From positions 3,269-67,268 of the forward strand of contig CACDFH010000003.1 of the NCBI GenBank assembly GCA_902552015.1: DNA of 64,000 nt, read 5' to 3'. How positions within the stretch are numbered: position 1 is the stretch's first letter; every line of letters begins with the position of its first letter. Made by a program: the position numbers and the translations under genes. The notes beneath the pieces are model-generated. The model was not told where the DNA came from. It searched no databases and saw nothing but the letters and a program-made list of their open reading frames with translations. This document shows, piece after piece, positions 1-9,169 of the stretch. The DNA comes from an uncultured marine group I thaumarchaeote (lineage in GTDB: Archaea; Thermoproteota; Nitrososphaeria; Nitrososphaerales; Nitrosopumilaceae).

Positions 1-1029
1 CCTGATACAGTTGGTTATTCAACTCCACAGTACATCGGTGAAATTACTAAAGATGCAATTGAGGTATCAAAGTTACCTATCAGTGTACATTGTCATAATG
101 ATTTTGGTTTAGCTGTTGCAAACGCAATATCTGGTGTACAGGCAGGTGCATCATGTGCACATGTAACCATTAATGGAATTGGTGAACGTGCAGGTAATGC
201 TTCTTTAGAAGAATTTGTTATGGCATTACATAGTTTAGAATTTGAAAACAAATGGGAAACAAACATCAATACAAAATTAATTTATGAAACTTCACGATAC
301 ATCTCTAAATTAGCAGGAATGTCTGTACAACCAAACAAAGCAATTGTCGGCGAAAATGCATTTGGTCATGAATCTGGAATCCACACTCATGGTGTATTGA
401 ATAACCCATTAACATACGAACCAATCAGTCCTGAAATTGTAGGTAGAACTCGTTGGTTACAGGTAGGAAAACATGCAGGAATTCATGGCATGAATGCAAT
501 GCTCAAAGAGTATGGTATTGAGCCAAATGATGACCAAACAAAACAAATTTTGGATAAAGTCAAGGCATTAGGTGACCAAGGAAAACAGGTAACCGAAGTT
601 GAATTACTATCTATGGCTAATGAAGTAATTGGCGAAAATAAATTAAAACGAATTGTCCAGTTAGCAGGTTTCTCTGTATCTACTGGTGTTGGAACAATGC
701 CATATGCATTTGTAAAATTGAATGTTGATGGTCAGGAATTTTCTGCAACTGATTATGGTGTAGGTCCTGTAGATGCAGCATTAAATGCAATTCAAAAAAT
801 TACAAGCCAAGTTACTGATGAAGTTCGATTAAAAGAATACAAATTGGATTCTATCTCTGGTGGTGCTAATGCATTATGTGAAGTAACTGTAAAAGTTGAA
901 GATGCACGTGGTAATATCATTTCATCCAAATCTGTTGGAGAAGATATTGTTACAACAAGTGTTCAAGCAATGGTTGATGGAATTAATCGTATCATGTTGA
1001 AAAATCTTCTAAAGGAAAAGAAGATTTAA
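1..1029 (+). CDS. leuA: 2-isopropylmalate synthase (LeuA/CimA family), 5'-truncated by window edge
   Basis: Frame open from base 1 (PDTVG...HCHNDFG...NGIGERAGNA), then NKAIVGENAFGHESGIH and C-terminal regulatory domain (GVGPVDA); adjacent to leuB. Confidence 0.88.
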   Translation, partial: PDTVGYSTPQYIGEITKDAIEVSKLPISVHCHNDFGLAVANAISGVQAGASCAHVTINGIGERAGNASLEEFVMALHSLEFENKWETNINTKLIYETSRYISKLAGMSVQPNKAIVGENAFGHESGIHTHGVLNNPLTYEPISPEIVGRTRWLQVGKHAGIHGMNAMLKEYGIEPNDDQTKQILDKVKALGDQGKQVTEVELLSMANEVIGENKLKRIVQLAGFSVSTGVGTMPYAFVKLNVDGQEFSATDYGVGPVDAALNAIQKITSQVTDEVRLKEYKLDSISGGANALCEVTVKVEDARGNIISSKSVGEDIVTTSVQAMVDGINRIMLKNLLKEKKI

Positions 1030-1056
1030 TCATTACAAAATTTTAGGTGATTATGT

Positions 1057-2070
1057 ATGTATAATATTTCGTTAATTACTGGTGATGGAATTGGTCCTGA
1101 ATTGTCAGAATCTGTAAATACAATTTTGGACGCAATCAATGATAAATTTAATCTAGAATTTAACATTAAATCGCTTGTAGCTGGTGATACTGCACTTGAA
1201 AAAACTGGAAAAGCCTTACCTGATGATGTCTTTGAATCAATAAAATCCTCTGATGCATGTTTGAAGGCACCTGTTGGAGAAAGTGCTAAAGATGTTATTG
1301 TTGCATTAAGACAAAAATTGGATTTGTATGCCAATATTCGTCCTGCAAAATCATATCCAAATACACCTGCACTTAGAGATGATATTGATTTAGTGATTGT
1401 TAGGGAAAATACTGAAGATCTATACACCGGTCAAGAATTTCAAGTAGATGATACTGCTGTTGCATTAAGAATAATTAGTGAAAAAGCTTCTAAGCGAATT
1501 GCTAAACATGCATTTGAAACTGCAATGGATAGAAATCAACAGAAACGAGTTACTTGTGTCCATAAATCCAACGTCATGAAGATGACTGATGGTCTTTTTG
1601 CTCGTGCATGTGAAGATGTGTCAAAAGACTATCCTGACGTTACTTTTGACCAGATGTATGTTGATGCCTGTTCTATGAACTTAATTCGGGCTCCTCACGA
1701 ATTTGACGTAATTGTGACTACGAATTTGTTTGGTGATATATTATCTGATGAATCCTCTCAAGTTGTAGGTGGATTAGGCATGGCTCCTGCAGCAAATTTG
1801 GGGGATAATTTTGGTCTATTTGAACCGGTTCATGGCGCTGCATTTGATATTGCTGGAAAACAGATTGCAAATCCTTCTTCCTTCATTTTATCTACAAAAA
1901 TGATGCTTGATTGGTTGGGCTCAAAACATAATGATTCTGAATGCATTTCTGCTGGAAAAAAACTGGAGACTGTTGTATTGGATTTGATAAAATCTGGCAT
2001 TACGACTAAAGATATCGGTGGAGAAAAATCCACACAGGAATTTACAAAAGAAATTACTAGTCGACTATAA
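1057..2070 (+). CDS. leuB: 3-isopropylmalate dehydrogenase (ICDH/IPMDH family)
   Basis: GDGIGPE, RENTEDLY, NLFGDILSD, FEPVHGAAFDIAGK motifs; follows leuA. Confidence 0.88.
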   Translation: MYNISLITGDGIGPELSESVNTILDAINDKFNLEFNIKSLVAGDTALEKTGKALPDDVFESIKSSDACLKAPVGESAKDVIVALRQKLDLYANIRPAKSYPNTPALRDDIDLVIVRENTEDLYTGQEFQVDDTAVALRIISEKASKRIAKHAFETAMDRNQQKRVTCVHKSNVMKMTDGLFARACEDVSKDYPDVTFDQMYVDACSMNLIRAPHEFDVIVTTNLFGDILSDESSQVVGGLGMAPAANLGDNFGLFEPVHGAAFDIAGKQIANPSSFILSTKMMLDWLGSKHNDSECISAGKKLETVVLDLIKSGITTKDIGGEKSTQEFTKEITSRL

Positions 2071-2077
2071 TTGTCTA

Positions 2078-2194
2078 CTAATTCCTTCTTCTAGTTTCCC
2101 AGCCTTTTACCGATGCATAACTTCGTTTCAGTGCTGCTATATCATGACCAATCCATCCTAATTTAGCTGCTCTGCTACGTTCTTCAGTTGTCAT
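2078..2194 (-). CDS. putative 38-aa basic micro-protein MTTEERSRAAKLGWIGHDIAALKRSYASVKGWETRRRN
   Basis: Hand-translated ATG..TAG ORF filling the leuB-aspS gap; internally repeated RSxAxxxGW motif. Confidence 0.6.
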   Translation of the reverse strand: MTTEERSRAAKLGWIGHDIAALKRSYASVKGWETRRRN

Positions 2195-2279
2195 TCTATT
2201 TCTTCAAAAATTGATTTAATGAAATATTTCACTCTGTCACCATTGTTTGTTTTTTTAATCTAATTTTTTTCTATAAAAT

Positions 2280-3566
2280 CTAAGGTTTGAGCCTATCTGG
2301 ATCCCTTGGATACAAAACTACCTCTCTTACATTATCAATTCCAATCAAAACTGTCATCAATCTATCTAATCCCATACCCCAACCTGAATGTGGAGGCATA
2401 CCCCATCCAAATGTTTTCAAATGTTCTTCAAAGCTTGTTGGATCTAAATTCTGTTCTTTTAATCTGGTTTTTAGCTGCTCTGGATCATGCAATCTTCTTC
2501 CTCCTGATGATAGTTCTAGATATCCATACTGCAAATCAAAAGAACGTGAAAGTGTAGGGTCGTCATCTTTTTCATGAATGTAGAATGGTTTTAGTTTCAT
2601 TGGCCAATCTGTCAAAAAGAAAAATCCTGGATGTTTCTCCCCTAAACTACGAAGGTGTGAATCTTGTAAATCTTCACCAAACTCTAATTTGATGTCCATA
2701 CCTCCTAATTCTTCTAATGCTTGTGTATATGATACTCTTTCAAATGGAGAATCTGGAATTTTAATTTCATGTCCAATTTCTTTTTGTTCTGTTTTTGAAT
2801 TTTCAGCAGTATTTTTGAAAACATCTACCACGATTGATTCTAAAACATCCATGACATCTGTATAGTCCATCATTGCAGCTTCGATATCCACGCTTGTGAA
2901 TTCGCTTAGGTGTCTTCCTGTATGTGATTTTTCTGCTCTATAAAATGATGATATCTCAAATACTCTTTCTAGTCCTATGGTCATCTGTTCTTTGTATAAT
3001 TGTGGGCTTTGAGCCAAGTATCCTTGTTTTCCAAAATAATTGAGACTGAACAAATCAGCACCCCCTTCACTTGCACTTCCAATAATCTTTGGAGTGTTAA
3101 TCTCAATGAATTTTCTTTTAATTAGCGTCTCTCTAATTGATGCTAAAACTTGACTTCTCAATTTGAAAATTGATGCTGTCTTTTGATTTCTCATATCTAG
3201 AGCTCTTGAATTTAATCTGTTATCGATATCACTTTCTAACCTTCCAATAGGATCAATAGGTAAAGGATATTCTGCTTTTGCGAGAACTTGAAGTTCTGTG
3301 GCAGAAATCTCAAAATCAAAATCTTTTGCTTTACTTGCTTGTACTTTACCTAAAATTCGAACAACACTTTGTCTGTTTAATCCTTCAAGCAAACTCATTG
3401 CATCGCCTTTTACTATTACTTGACACATTCCTGTAACATCTCTAACTGTCAAAAATGCCATCTTTCCAAGCTTTCGAAGATCAACTACCCATCCGCCAAA
3501 AAGAACATCTTGACCTTCCATTGATGAATTTAGGTCTTCGATTAGATGCGTTCTTGAAATGTCCAT
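2280..3566 (-). CDS. aspS: archaeal-type aspartyl-tRNA synthetase (probably Asp/Asn non-discriminating)
   Basis: N-terminal OB fold, LAQSPQLYK, YRAEKSHTGRHLSEF, GMPPHSGWGMGLDR. Confidence 0.95.
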   Translation of the reverse strand: MDISRTHLIEDLNSSMEGQDVLFGGWVVDLRKLGKMAFLTVRDVTGMCQVIVKGDAMSLLEGLNRQSVVRILGKVQASKAKDFDFEISATELQVLAKAEYPLPIDPIGRLESDIDNRLNSRALDMRNQKTASIFKLRSQVLASIRETLIKRKFIEINTPKIIGSASEGGADLFSLNYFGKQGYLAQSPQLYKEQMTIGLERVFEISSFYRAEKSHTGRHLSEFTSVDIEAAMMDYTDVMDVLESIVVDVFKNTAENSKTEQKEIGHEIKIPDSPFERVSYTQALEELGGMDIKLEFGEDLQDSHLRSLGEKHPGFFFLTDWPMKLKPFYIHEKDDDPTLSRSFDLQYGYLELSSGGRRLHDPEQLKTRLKEQNLDPTSFEEHLKTFGWGMPPHSGWGMGLDRLMTVLIGIDNVREVVLYPRDPDRLKP

Positions 3567-3627
3567 GCAATGTTGAAAATATACGCCAAGTAAAAACTTT
3601 CTAATCTAACCTCTCACAACTAAAATT

Positions 3628-4563
3628 ATGAGTTTTATTTCAATTGAAAATCTTACCACTCGTTATAATACCTCAAAGGGATTAGTTCATGCATTAGAAG
3701 ATGTTTCTTTTGCAATTGGAGCCGGTGAATCAATTGGAATTGCAGGTGAAAGTGCATGTGGAAAAAGTACTCTAGGGTTATCTATCATCCGAATGATTTC
3801 CAACGGAAAAATTTATTCTGGAAAAATTACATTTGATGGAAAATCATTGTTAGATGTACCTGATGATGATTTTGATAAAAACATCCGATGGAAACAAATC
3901 TCTATGGTTTTTCAGGGCGCAATGAACTCTCTTGATCCAGTATTTTCTATACAAGAACAGTTCAATGAAGTTTTAAAACAACATAATTTTGAAGGTGATT
4001 CAAAACAGTCTATCATACAATCATTAACCTCTGTAAACCTTGATGAATCTGTTCTAAAAAAATTCCCACATGAACTAAGCGGTGGCATGAAACAGCGGGT
4101 AATTATTGCAATGGCTTTGATTCTAAAACCTAAATTTGTAATTGCTGACGAGCCTACAACTGCGCTTGACGTATTGATTCAAGCCCAAATTGTTAATCTT
4201 TTCAAAAAATTGAAAAAAGAAGGCCAATCCTTTATGATCATCTCTCATGATCTAGCTGTACTATCTGAGGTTGCTGAAAAAATCGGAATTATGTATGGAG
4301 GAAAAATGGTTGAATTTGGTGATTCTGAAGAAATTTTTCTTGAACCCAAACATCCGTACACAAAGGGATTACTAGAATCAATTCCTGTATTATCTAAAGA
4401 TACAAAACCAAAATACATTCCAGGCATACCTCCAAATCTAGTAAACCCTCCTGAAGGTTGTAAATTCTATGATAGATGTCCTGAGGCAATGGAAAAATGT
4501 AAAAAAGATCCTCCAAAAATTAAAACAAAAACTGGTTATGTTTTATGCTGGCTTTATGAATAG
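3628..4563 (+). CDS. oligopeptide/dipeptide ABC transporter ATP-binding subunit (OppD/DppD family)
   Basis: GESACGKS Walker [22 protein letters not shown] and C-terminal Cys cluster [10 protein letters not shown]. Confidence 0.9.
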   Translation: MSFISIENLTTRYNTSKGLVHALEDVSFAIGAGESIGIAGESACGKSTLGLSIIRMISNGKIYSGKITFDGKSLLDVPDDDFDKNIRWKQISMVFQGAMNSLDPVFSIQEQFNEVLKQHNFEGDSKQSIIQSLTSVNLDESVLKKFPHELSGGMKQRVIIAMALILKPKFVIADEPTTALDVLIQAQIVNLFKKLKKEGQSFMIISHDLAVLSEVAEKIGIMYGGKMVEFGDSEEIFLEPKHPYTKGLLESIPVLSKDTKPKYIPGIPPNLVNPPEGCKFYDRCPEAMEKCKKDPPKIKTKTGYVLCWLYE

Positions 4564-4584
4564 GTTAATCGGTGTTGGTGTTTG

Positions 4585-4764
4585 TTATTCGTAACCAACT
4601 GTCTTCATGCCGAAACAAGGTTTGTTGCCTTTAGTCCAACATTTACACGAACATGAAACTGCTTTTCCAGTTTCTAAATCTTTAACGACCTTGTGAAATA
4701 CTCCTTCTCTAACTTTTGATTCAATAGATATTGTTTCATATCGATCTTCTTCTGAGTTGGTCAT
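4585..4764 (-). CDS. small Cys-rich protein with a SWIM-like motif
   Basis: SCSCKCW...KPCF; ATG at 4764, alternative TTG at 4776. Confidence 0.55.
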   Translation of the reverse strand: MTNSEEDRYETISIESKVREGVFHKVVKDLETGKAVSCSCKCWTKGNKPCFGMKTVGYE

Positions 4765-4768
4765 ATTG

Positions 4769-5518
4769 TTAGACAATAGGTCTATCTACAAATACATTTC
4801 CAAATGTATGTGATGTATCATTAGTGGTTACCTCGATTGGAATTGGTTCTACATTTGAGTGTAAAATTGATTTTAATTCATCTTTGGTAAACCACTGGCT
4901 ACGGAAACCAAGTCCATTTTGAAAAACTCTATTTTTTCCATCAAAAGAATTTTCATCTATCTGTTTAATCATAGGCATCATGGGGTTGTACAATTTTGGT
5001 GCTATCAAATCAAATTCGTCTCCATTAAACGCTGTCAGGATGGTTAATCCTTTTTTGCCTGCAATATTTCTCATATTGTCTATAAACTGTTGTCGTTTCT
5101 CAGAGGGAATTACACCCAATGTGTTGTATAAGCACATTACAATATTTGTCTCATCCTTATTGAAATAATCTGATAAGTTTGGATCTGTTAAATCATATTT
5201 GAGAAATTCAATTTTTGAAACTCCCTGATGACTGTTGTTTTTTTGTTTAGCATAATCTAGCATCGGTTCTGATACCTCGACACCAAAAAATTTTGTAGCA
5301 CTTTTTTGCAATTTTTCATCTAGTGCAAATACCACTCGTCCTGTACCTGCTCCCATATCGATGATTGAAGAGTTTTTGTTAGAATCACATACTTTCTTAC
5401 AGAGATTTGTTAGAATATCGATTTCTCTCTTTAGATAGCTGACAATAACTGGATCTTGATTATTCTCTACACTATTGTCATAATCCACAGCCATTCCATC
5501 CCAAATTTTATGGTCCAT
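4769..5518 (-). CDS. class I SAM-dependent methyltransferase
   Basis: IIDMGAGTGR motif I, GVEVSEPML motif II. Confidence 0.85.
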   Translation of the reverse strand: MDHKIWDGMAVDYDNSVENNQDPVIVSYLKREIDILTNLCKKVCDSNKNSSIIDMGAGTGRVVFALDEKLQKSATKFFGVEVSEPMLDYAKQKNNSHQGVSKIEFLKYDLTDPNLSDYFNKDETNIVMCLYNTLGVIPSEKRQQFIDNMRNIAGKKGLTILTAFNGDEFDLIAPKLYNPMMPMIKQIDENSFDGKNRVFQNGLGFRSQWFTKDELKSILHSNVEPIPIEVTTNDTSHTFGNVFVDRPIV

Positions 5519-5602
5519 GAATGATTTTTTTTTATAATAAATTAAAACCTAACATTTGCAAACCCTTGTTCTATGAGTTTAAGATTTCATTCAAAACAAT
5601 TC

Positions 5603-5983
5603 TTACTGACTGGAATAACGCTTTACAATCGGTAGACATGAATCAATAATTCTAAGCATTTCAGAACGAATAACGTTTTTGTCAATTGTAATCCAGATTC
5701 TTTTTGATGATATTGCAAATGCAATTGTTTGCACTTTAGTTCTTTCTTCCCATACAAATTCTGTATCTCCTAACTGTTCATCAAATTGTTCCTCAAGTTC
5801 TGTTTTGATAGCAATTTGTGCAAATTGATACTGTGTCTTTTTTTGATCTAATAATGGGTCCAAATCCTCTCTTCTATAATATGAAAGAAGTTCTCCAGTT
5901 TTGCTAATCACTCCGATAAATCTAATGTATGGGCTGATTTTTGATATTAAATCTGCAATTTCGTAGTCATCGTTTTCAGTCAT
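5603..5983 (-). CDS. DUF6659-like (roadblock/profilin-like) protein
   Basis: IRFIGVISKTGEL...R....PLL, FDEQLG, REKV-like pattern; paralog at 60887. Confidence 0.6.
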   Translation of the reverse strand: MTENDDYEIADLISKISPYIRFIGVISKTGELLSYYRREDLDPLLDQKKTQYQFAQIAIKTELEEQFDEQLGDTEFVWEERTKVQTIAFAISSKRIWITIDKNVIRSEMLRIIDSCLPIVKRYSSQ

Positions 5984-6063
5984 TTATGTAATTGTTCATT
6001 TTCGATTATTTTAGTGATTTCTAATTCAATTTTTTTATATACAGTTGAGGATCTCGTTATCTA

Positions 6064-6729
6064 TTGGATCTTTGGGATTTCCTTCCATTCTTTTCTTCCG
6101 AAGTTGGTTATCTTGGTTTAGCTTTAGTTAGCTTTTTCGGATCGTTAATTCCATTTGTTCCTATCCCATCATTCATCTTACTAATCACAATGTCTGTTGG
6201 TGACCAATTCAATCTCCACATACTTGCATTAATTGCTGCCATCACTGCTACTGTTGCAAAACAAATTATTTTTGCTATTAGTTATGGAGGGCGAAGAATC
6301 ATCTCAGAAAAAACAAAACAAAGAATGAAACCTTTTCAAAAGTTGGTAAAAAAATACGGTGCAGGTGCTGCTTTCTTTGCTGCTGCAACTCCTATTCCTG
6401 ATGATTTAGTCTATGTACCTCTTGGTTTGGCAAAATACAACCCTCTTAGATTCTTTATTGCCACTCTAACTGGAAAAATTGTTCTATGTTATGTGATTGT
6501 TATATTATCTCATTATCTTAGCGGTCCTGTAGTTGATCCAATCTTTGAAATGTTTGGAATATCTGAACCTGAAGATTTGGAAGATCCTACTCCAATAATT
6601 CTGGGAATTGTTATTTTTGGTGTTGCTATGACTAGTGTTGTAGTACTATTACTAAGAATGGATTGGAATCGTATACTTGGAAGTATCTTACCTTGGACTG
6701 TAGAAGATGACGATGAAGATCAAAAGTAG
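6064..6729 (+). CDS. DedA/VTT-family membrane protein
   Basis: Hydrophobic helices, ATPIPDD...PLGLAKY...RFFIATLTGK. Confidence 0.8.
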   Translation: MDLWDFLPFFSSEVGYLGLALVSFFGSLIPFVPIPSFILLITMSVGDQFNLHILALIAAITATVAKQIIFAISYGGRRIISEKTKQRMKPFQKLVKKYGAGAAFFAAATPIPDDLVYVPLGLAKYNPLRFFIATLTGKIVLCYVIVILSHYLSGPVVDPIFEMFGISEPEDLEDPTPIILGIVIFGVAMTSVVVLLLRMDWNRILGSILPWTVEDDDEDQK

Positions 6730-7286
6730 TCTTTTGAATTAATACTGAAATTCCACTCTTTTTCTTTTGCTTTTGAAATTCCAACCCGTGGTAATTTTTT
6801 TATTTTTTTAATTGATATTCCTTCACTAATGTAAATTGAAGAATTTTTTGTCACATCTATGTTATTTTCTTTCATTGAAATGTCCATGGCCATTGTTATC
6901 TTTGCAGGACCATTAGTAATCTTGTTCAAATCATCAATACCTCTGTTTTTGACCATTGTTTTAATGCCTTCTTGAGGAAAAATTCCTCGAATTAATACAG
7001 CTCCTGCATTCTGCCTTTTGCTTTTTGCTACTACGTTTAGCATAAAGTACATTCCATAAGTGAAATAAACATAAGACATGCCAACAGGACCAAACATCAC
7101 CTTATTTCTCTCTGTCATTTTTGTTGATGCATGACTTGCAAGGTCATCTTTTCCTCTATATGCCTCTGTTTCTGTAATGATTCCTGATAATTTCTTACCT
7201 CTGATTTTCCTAGTTAGTGTTTTTCCAATGAGTTGTTTTGCTACCGTTACAGTTTCTCGTTCATAAAATTTTTTGTCTAAAATCAT
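6720..7286 (-). CDS. mpg: 3-methyladenine DNA glycosylase (MPG/AAG)
   Basis: ITETEAYRG, YVYFTYGMY, AVLIRG, NGPAK, PRVGI. Confidence 0.92.
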   Translation of the reverse strand: MILDKKFYERETVTVAKQLIGKTLTRKIRGKKLSGIITETEAYRGKDDLASHASTKMTERNKVMFGPVGMSYVYFTYGMYFMLNVVAKSKRQNAGAVLIRGIFPQEGIKTMVKNRGIDDLNKITNGPAKITMAMDISMKENNIDVTKNSSIYISEGISIKKIKKLPRVGISKAKEKEWNFSINSKDYF

Positions 7287-8386
7287 TTTCTTTTAATTAT
7301 TGTAAGAACATCTTCATCAATTAAAACATGGTTTAGTCCTACTCTTTGACCTCCAAATTTTACACTTTTGCCCCAAACCAAACCAAATCTGAATTCTTTT
7401 TTCAAATTTCTATGAAGTTTATTACAAACGTCTGTCACTGTATTTCCTTTTCTCACAATAAGCGGTTCTTTAAAATCAGTTTCACCACCCTTTGGTCTAA
7501 GATAAATTCTAATGAATTCTAACTCGTTGTAAATTCTTTCTTTTAACTCATTGATGTTTTTATTTGAATCTGCAGATGTAGGTATAAAGTCAGTTTTTAG
7601 CTTCTTAGATACATCTTCTACAAATTTTTCATCTACTAGATCAATTTTATTTAAAATCGTAATTGCTTTTGCATATGTTTTATTTCCATTAATGAAATCT
7701 ACTAGTTGCTCTGATTCTATGTCTTCTCTGATAACAACTCGTGCACTTGTATATCCATACACGTTAAGAATCTCTTTTAGTAATTTCTCAGACATTTTTT
7801 TTAATTTTACTTGTTGTGCTACTGCAATTCCTCCTGTAGTTGATTTTTCAATAACAATATCTGGGGGTGATTGATTTAGTCTGATTCCTATATTTCCTAA
7901 TTCAGTTATCAGAACATCTTCATGATAGGGTTGAAAGACATCTAAAACTAGTAATACAATATCTGCACTTCTTGCAACAGAAAGAATTCTTTTTCCTAAA
8001 CCTTTTCCAGTTGATGCTCCTTTGATAATTCCAGGTAAATCTAGAACCTGAATTCTTGCGCCTCTGTAATTCATTACTCCTGGCACAACTGTTAATGTAG
8101 TAAACTGAAATGCACCTACTGCTGATTTTGAACCTGTTAATCTATTCAGTAATGTGGATTTACCTACACTTGGCAATCCAATAAAAACAACTGTTGCGTC
8201 TCCTGTTCTTTTTACATCAAACCCATCTTGCTTTTTTGCACTTTTTTTGACCTGCTCTGCTTCTTGTTCTCTTTTTAATTTCGCAATTTTTGCTTTTAAT
8301 AATCCGATATGATGTTCTGTTGCTTTGTTTAGCTGTGTTCTATGTATCTCATCTTGAATTGCTTTAATCTTCTCTGGAATTCCCAT
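7283..8386 (-). CDS. DRG/Rbg family OBG-like GTPase with TGS domain
   Basis: NKATEHHIGLLKAKIAKL, GLPSVGKS, DLPG, NKID, WGKSVKFGGQRVG. Confidence 0.92.
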   Translation of the reverse strand: MGIPEKIKAIQDEIHRTQLNKATEHHIGLLKAKIAKLKREQEAEQVKKSAKKQDGFDVKRTGDATVVFIGLPSVGKSTLLNRLTGSKSAVGAFQFTTLTVVPGVMNYRGARIQVLDLPGIIKGASTGKGLGKRILSVARSADIVLLVLDVFQPYHEDVLITELGNIGIRLNQSPPDIVIEKSTTGGIAVAQQVKLKKMSEKLLKEILNVYGYTSARVVIREDIESEQLVDFINGNKTYAKAITILNKIDLVDEKFVEDVSKKLKTDFIPTSADSNKNINELKERIYNELEFIRIYLRPKGGETDFKEPLIVRKGNTVTDVCNKLHRNLKKEFRFGLVWGKSVKFGGQRVGLNHVLIDEDVLTIIKRK

Positions 8387-8470
8387 TGGTGTTCAATTTA
8401 TTAAAAAATTAACTCAATATCAAAGGTTTCTAACGCTTTACTCATTAATGGTATCTGAAATGGAAAAACA

Positions 8471-9166
8471 TTGTCAAAAAAAGTTCTCGCAGTAGATATT
8501 GATGGAACTATTACGTTAAACGGATTTGGAAAGATACACCTACAAGCACTAGAAAAATTGAGAAATCTAAAAAATGATGGACATCATGTAATTTTTGTTA
8601 CAGGACGTTCCTCTGTTGAAGCATACCTTCTATCAATATTTGGGGGATTAACATTACTCGGAGTAGGTGAAAATGGCGGCTGCATAACCCATGGTGAAAT
8701 TATGACTCATGAGATGATTGGTGATAAGAATGAATGCAAAAATGCTTTTTCTTATCTAAAAAAAACATTAGATGAAACAGTCGAAGAAAAACCTGTATTT
8801 CCTAGACTCACTGAAGTTGTGTTAGACAGAACTTTTGATATAAAAAATGCACAAACTATTCTGGATGAAGAAGGATTCAATGTAGGTCTATTCGATAGTG
8901 GTTTTGCTTATCATATCAATTCTAGAGGTGTCGACAAAGGATCTGGTTTGATAAAAGCACTTGAAATGCTAAATGCAGATTTGGAAGATACTATTGCATT
9001 AGGTGACAGTGAAACTGATGTACCTATGTTCAAAACTGTCAAAAATAATATTGCTGTAAACAATTCTATTCCTGAACTGAAAGAAATAGCTAAAATTGTC
9101 ACTACAAAAAATTCAGGTGAAGGTCTATTGGAAGGCTTATCAATGATATCTGATGAATTTCTATAG
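8471..9166 (+). CDS. HAD-IIB phosphatase (archaeal phosphoglycolate phosphatase-like)
   Basis: DIDGT, VTGR, KG, GDSETD. Confidence 0.85.
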   Translation: MSKKVLAVDIDGTITLNGFGKIHLQALEKLRNLKNDGHHVIFVTGRSSVEAYLLSIFGGLTLLGVGENGGCITHGEIMTHEMIGDKNECKNAFSYLKKTLDETVEEKPVFPRLTEVVLDRTFDIKNAQTILDEEGFNVGLFDSGFAYHINSRGVDKGSGLIKALEMLNADLEDTIALGDSETDVPMFKTVKNNIAVNNSIPELKEIAKIVTTKNSGEGLLEGLSMISDEFL

Positions 9167-9169
9167 TAA

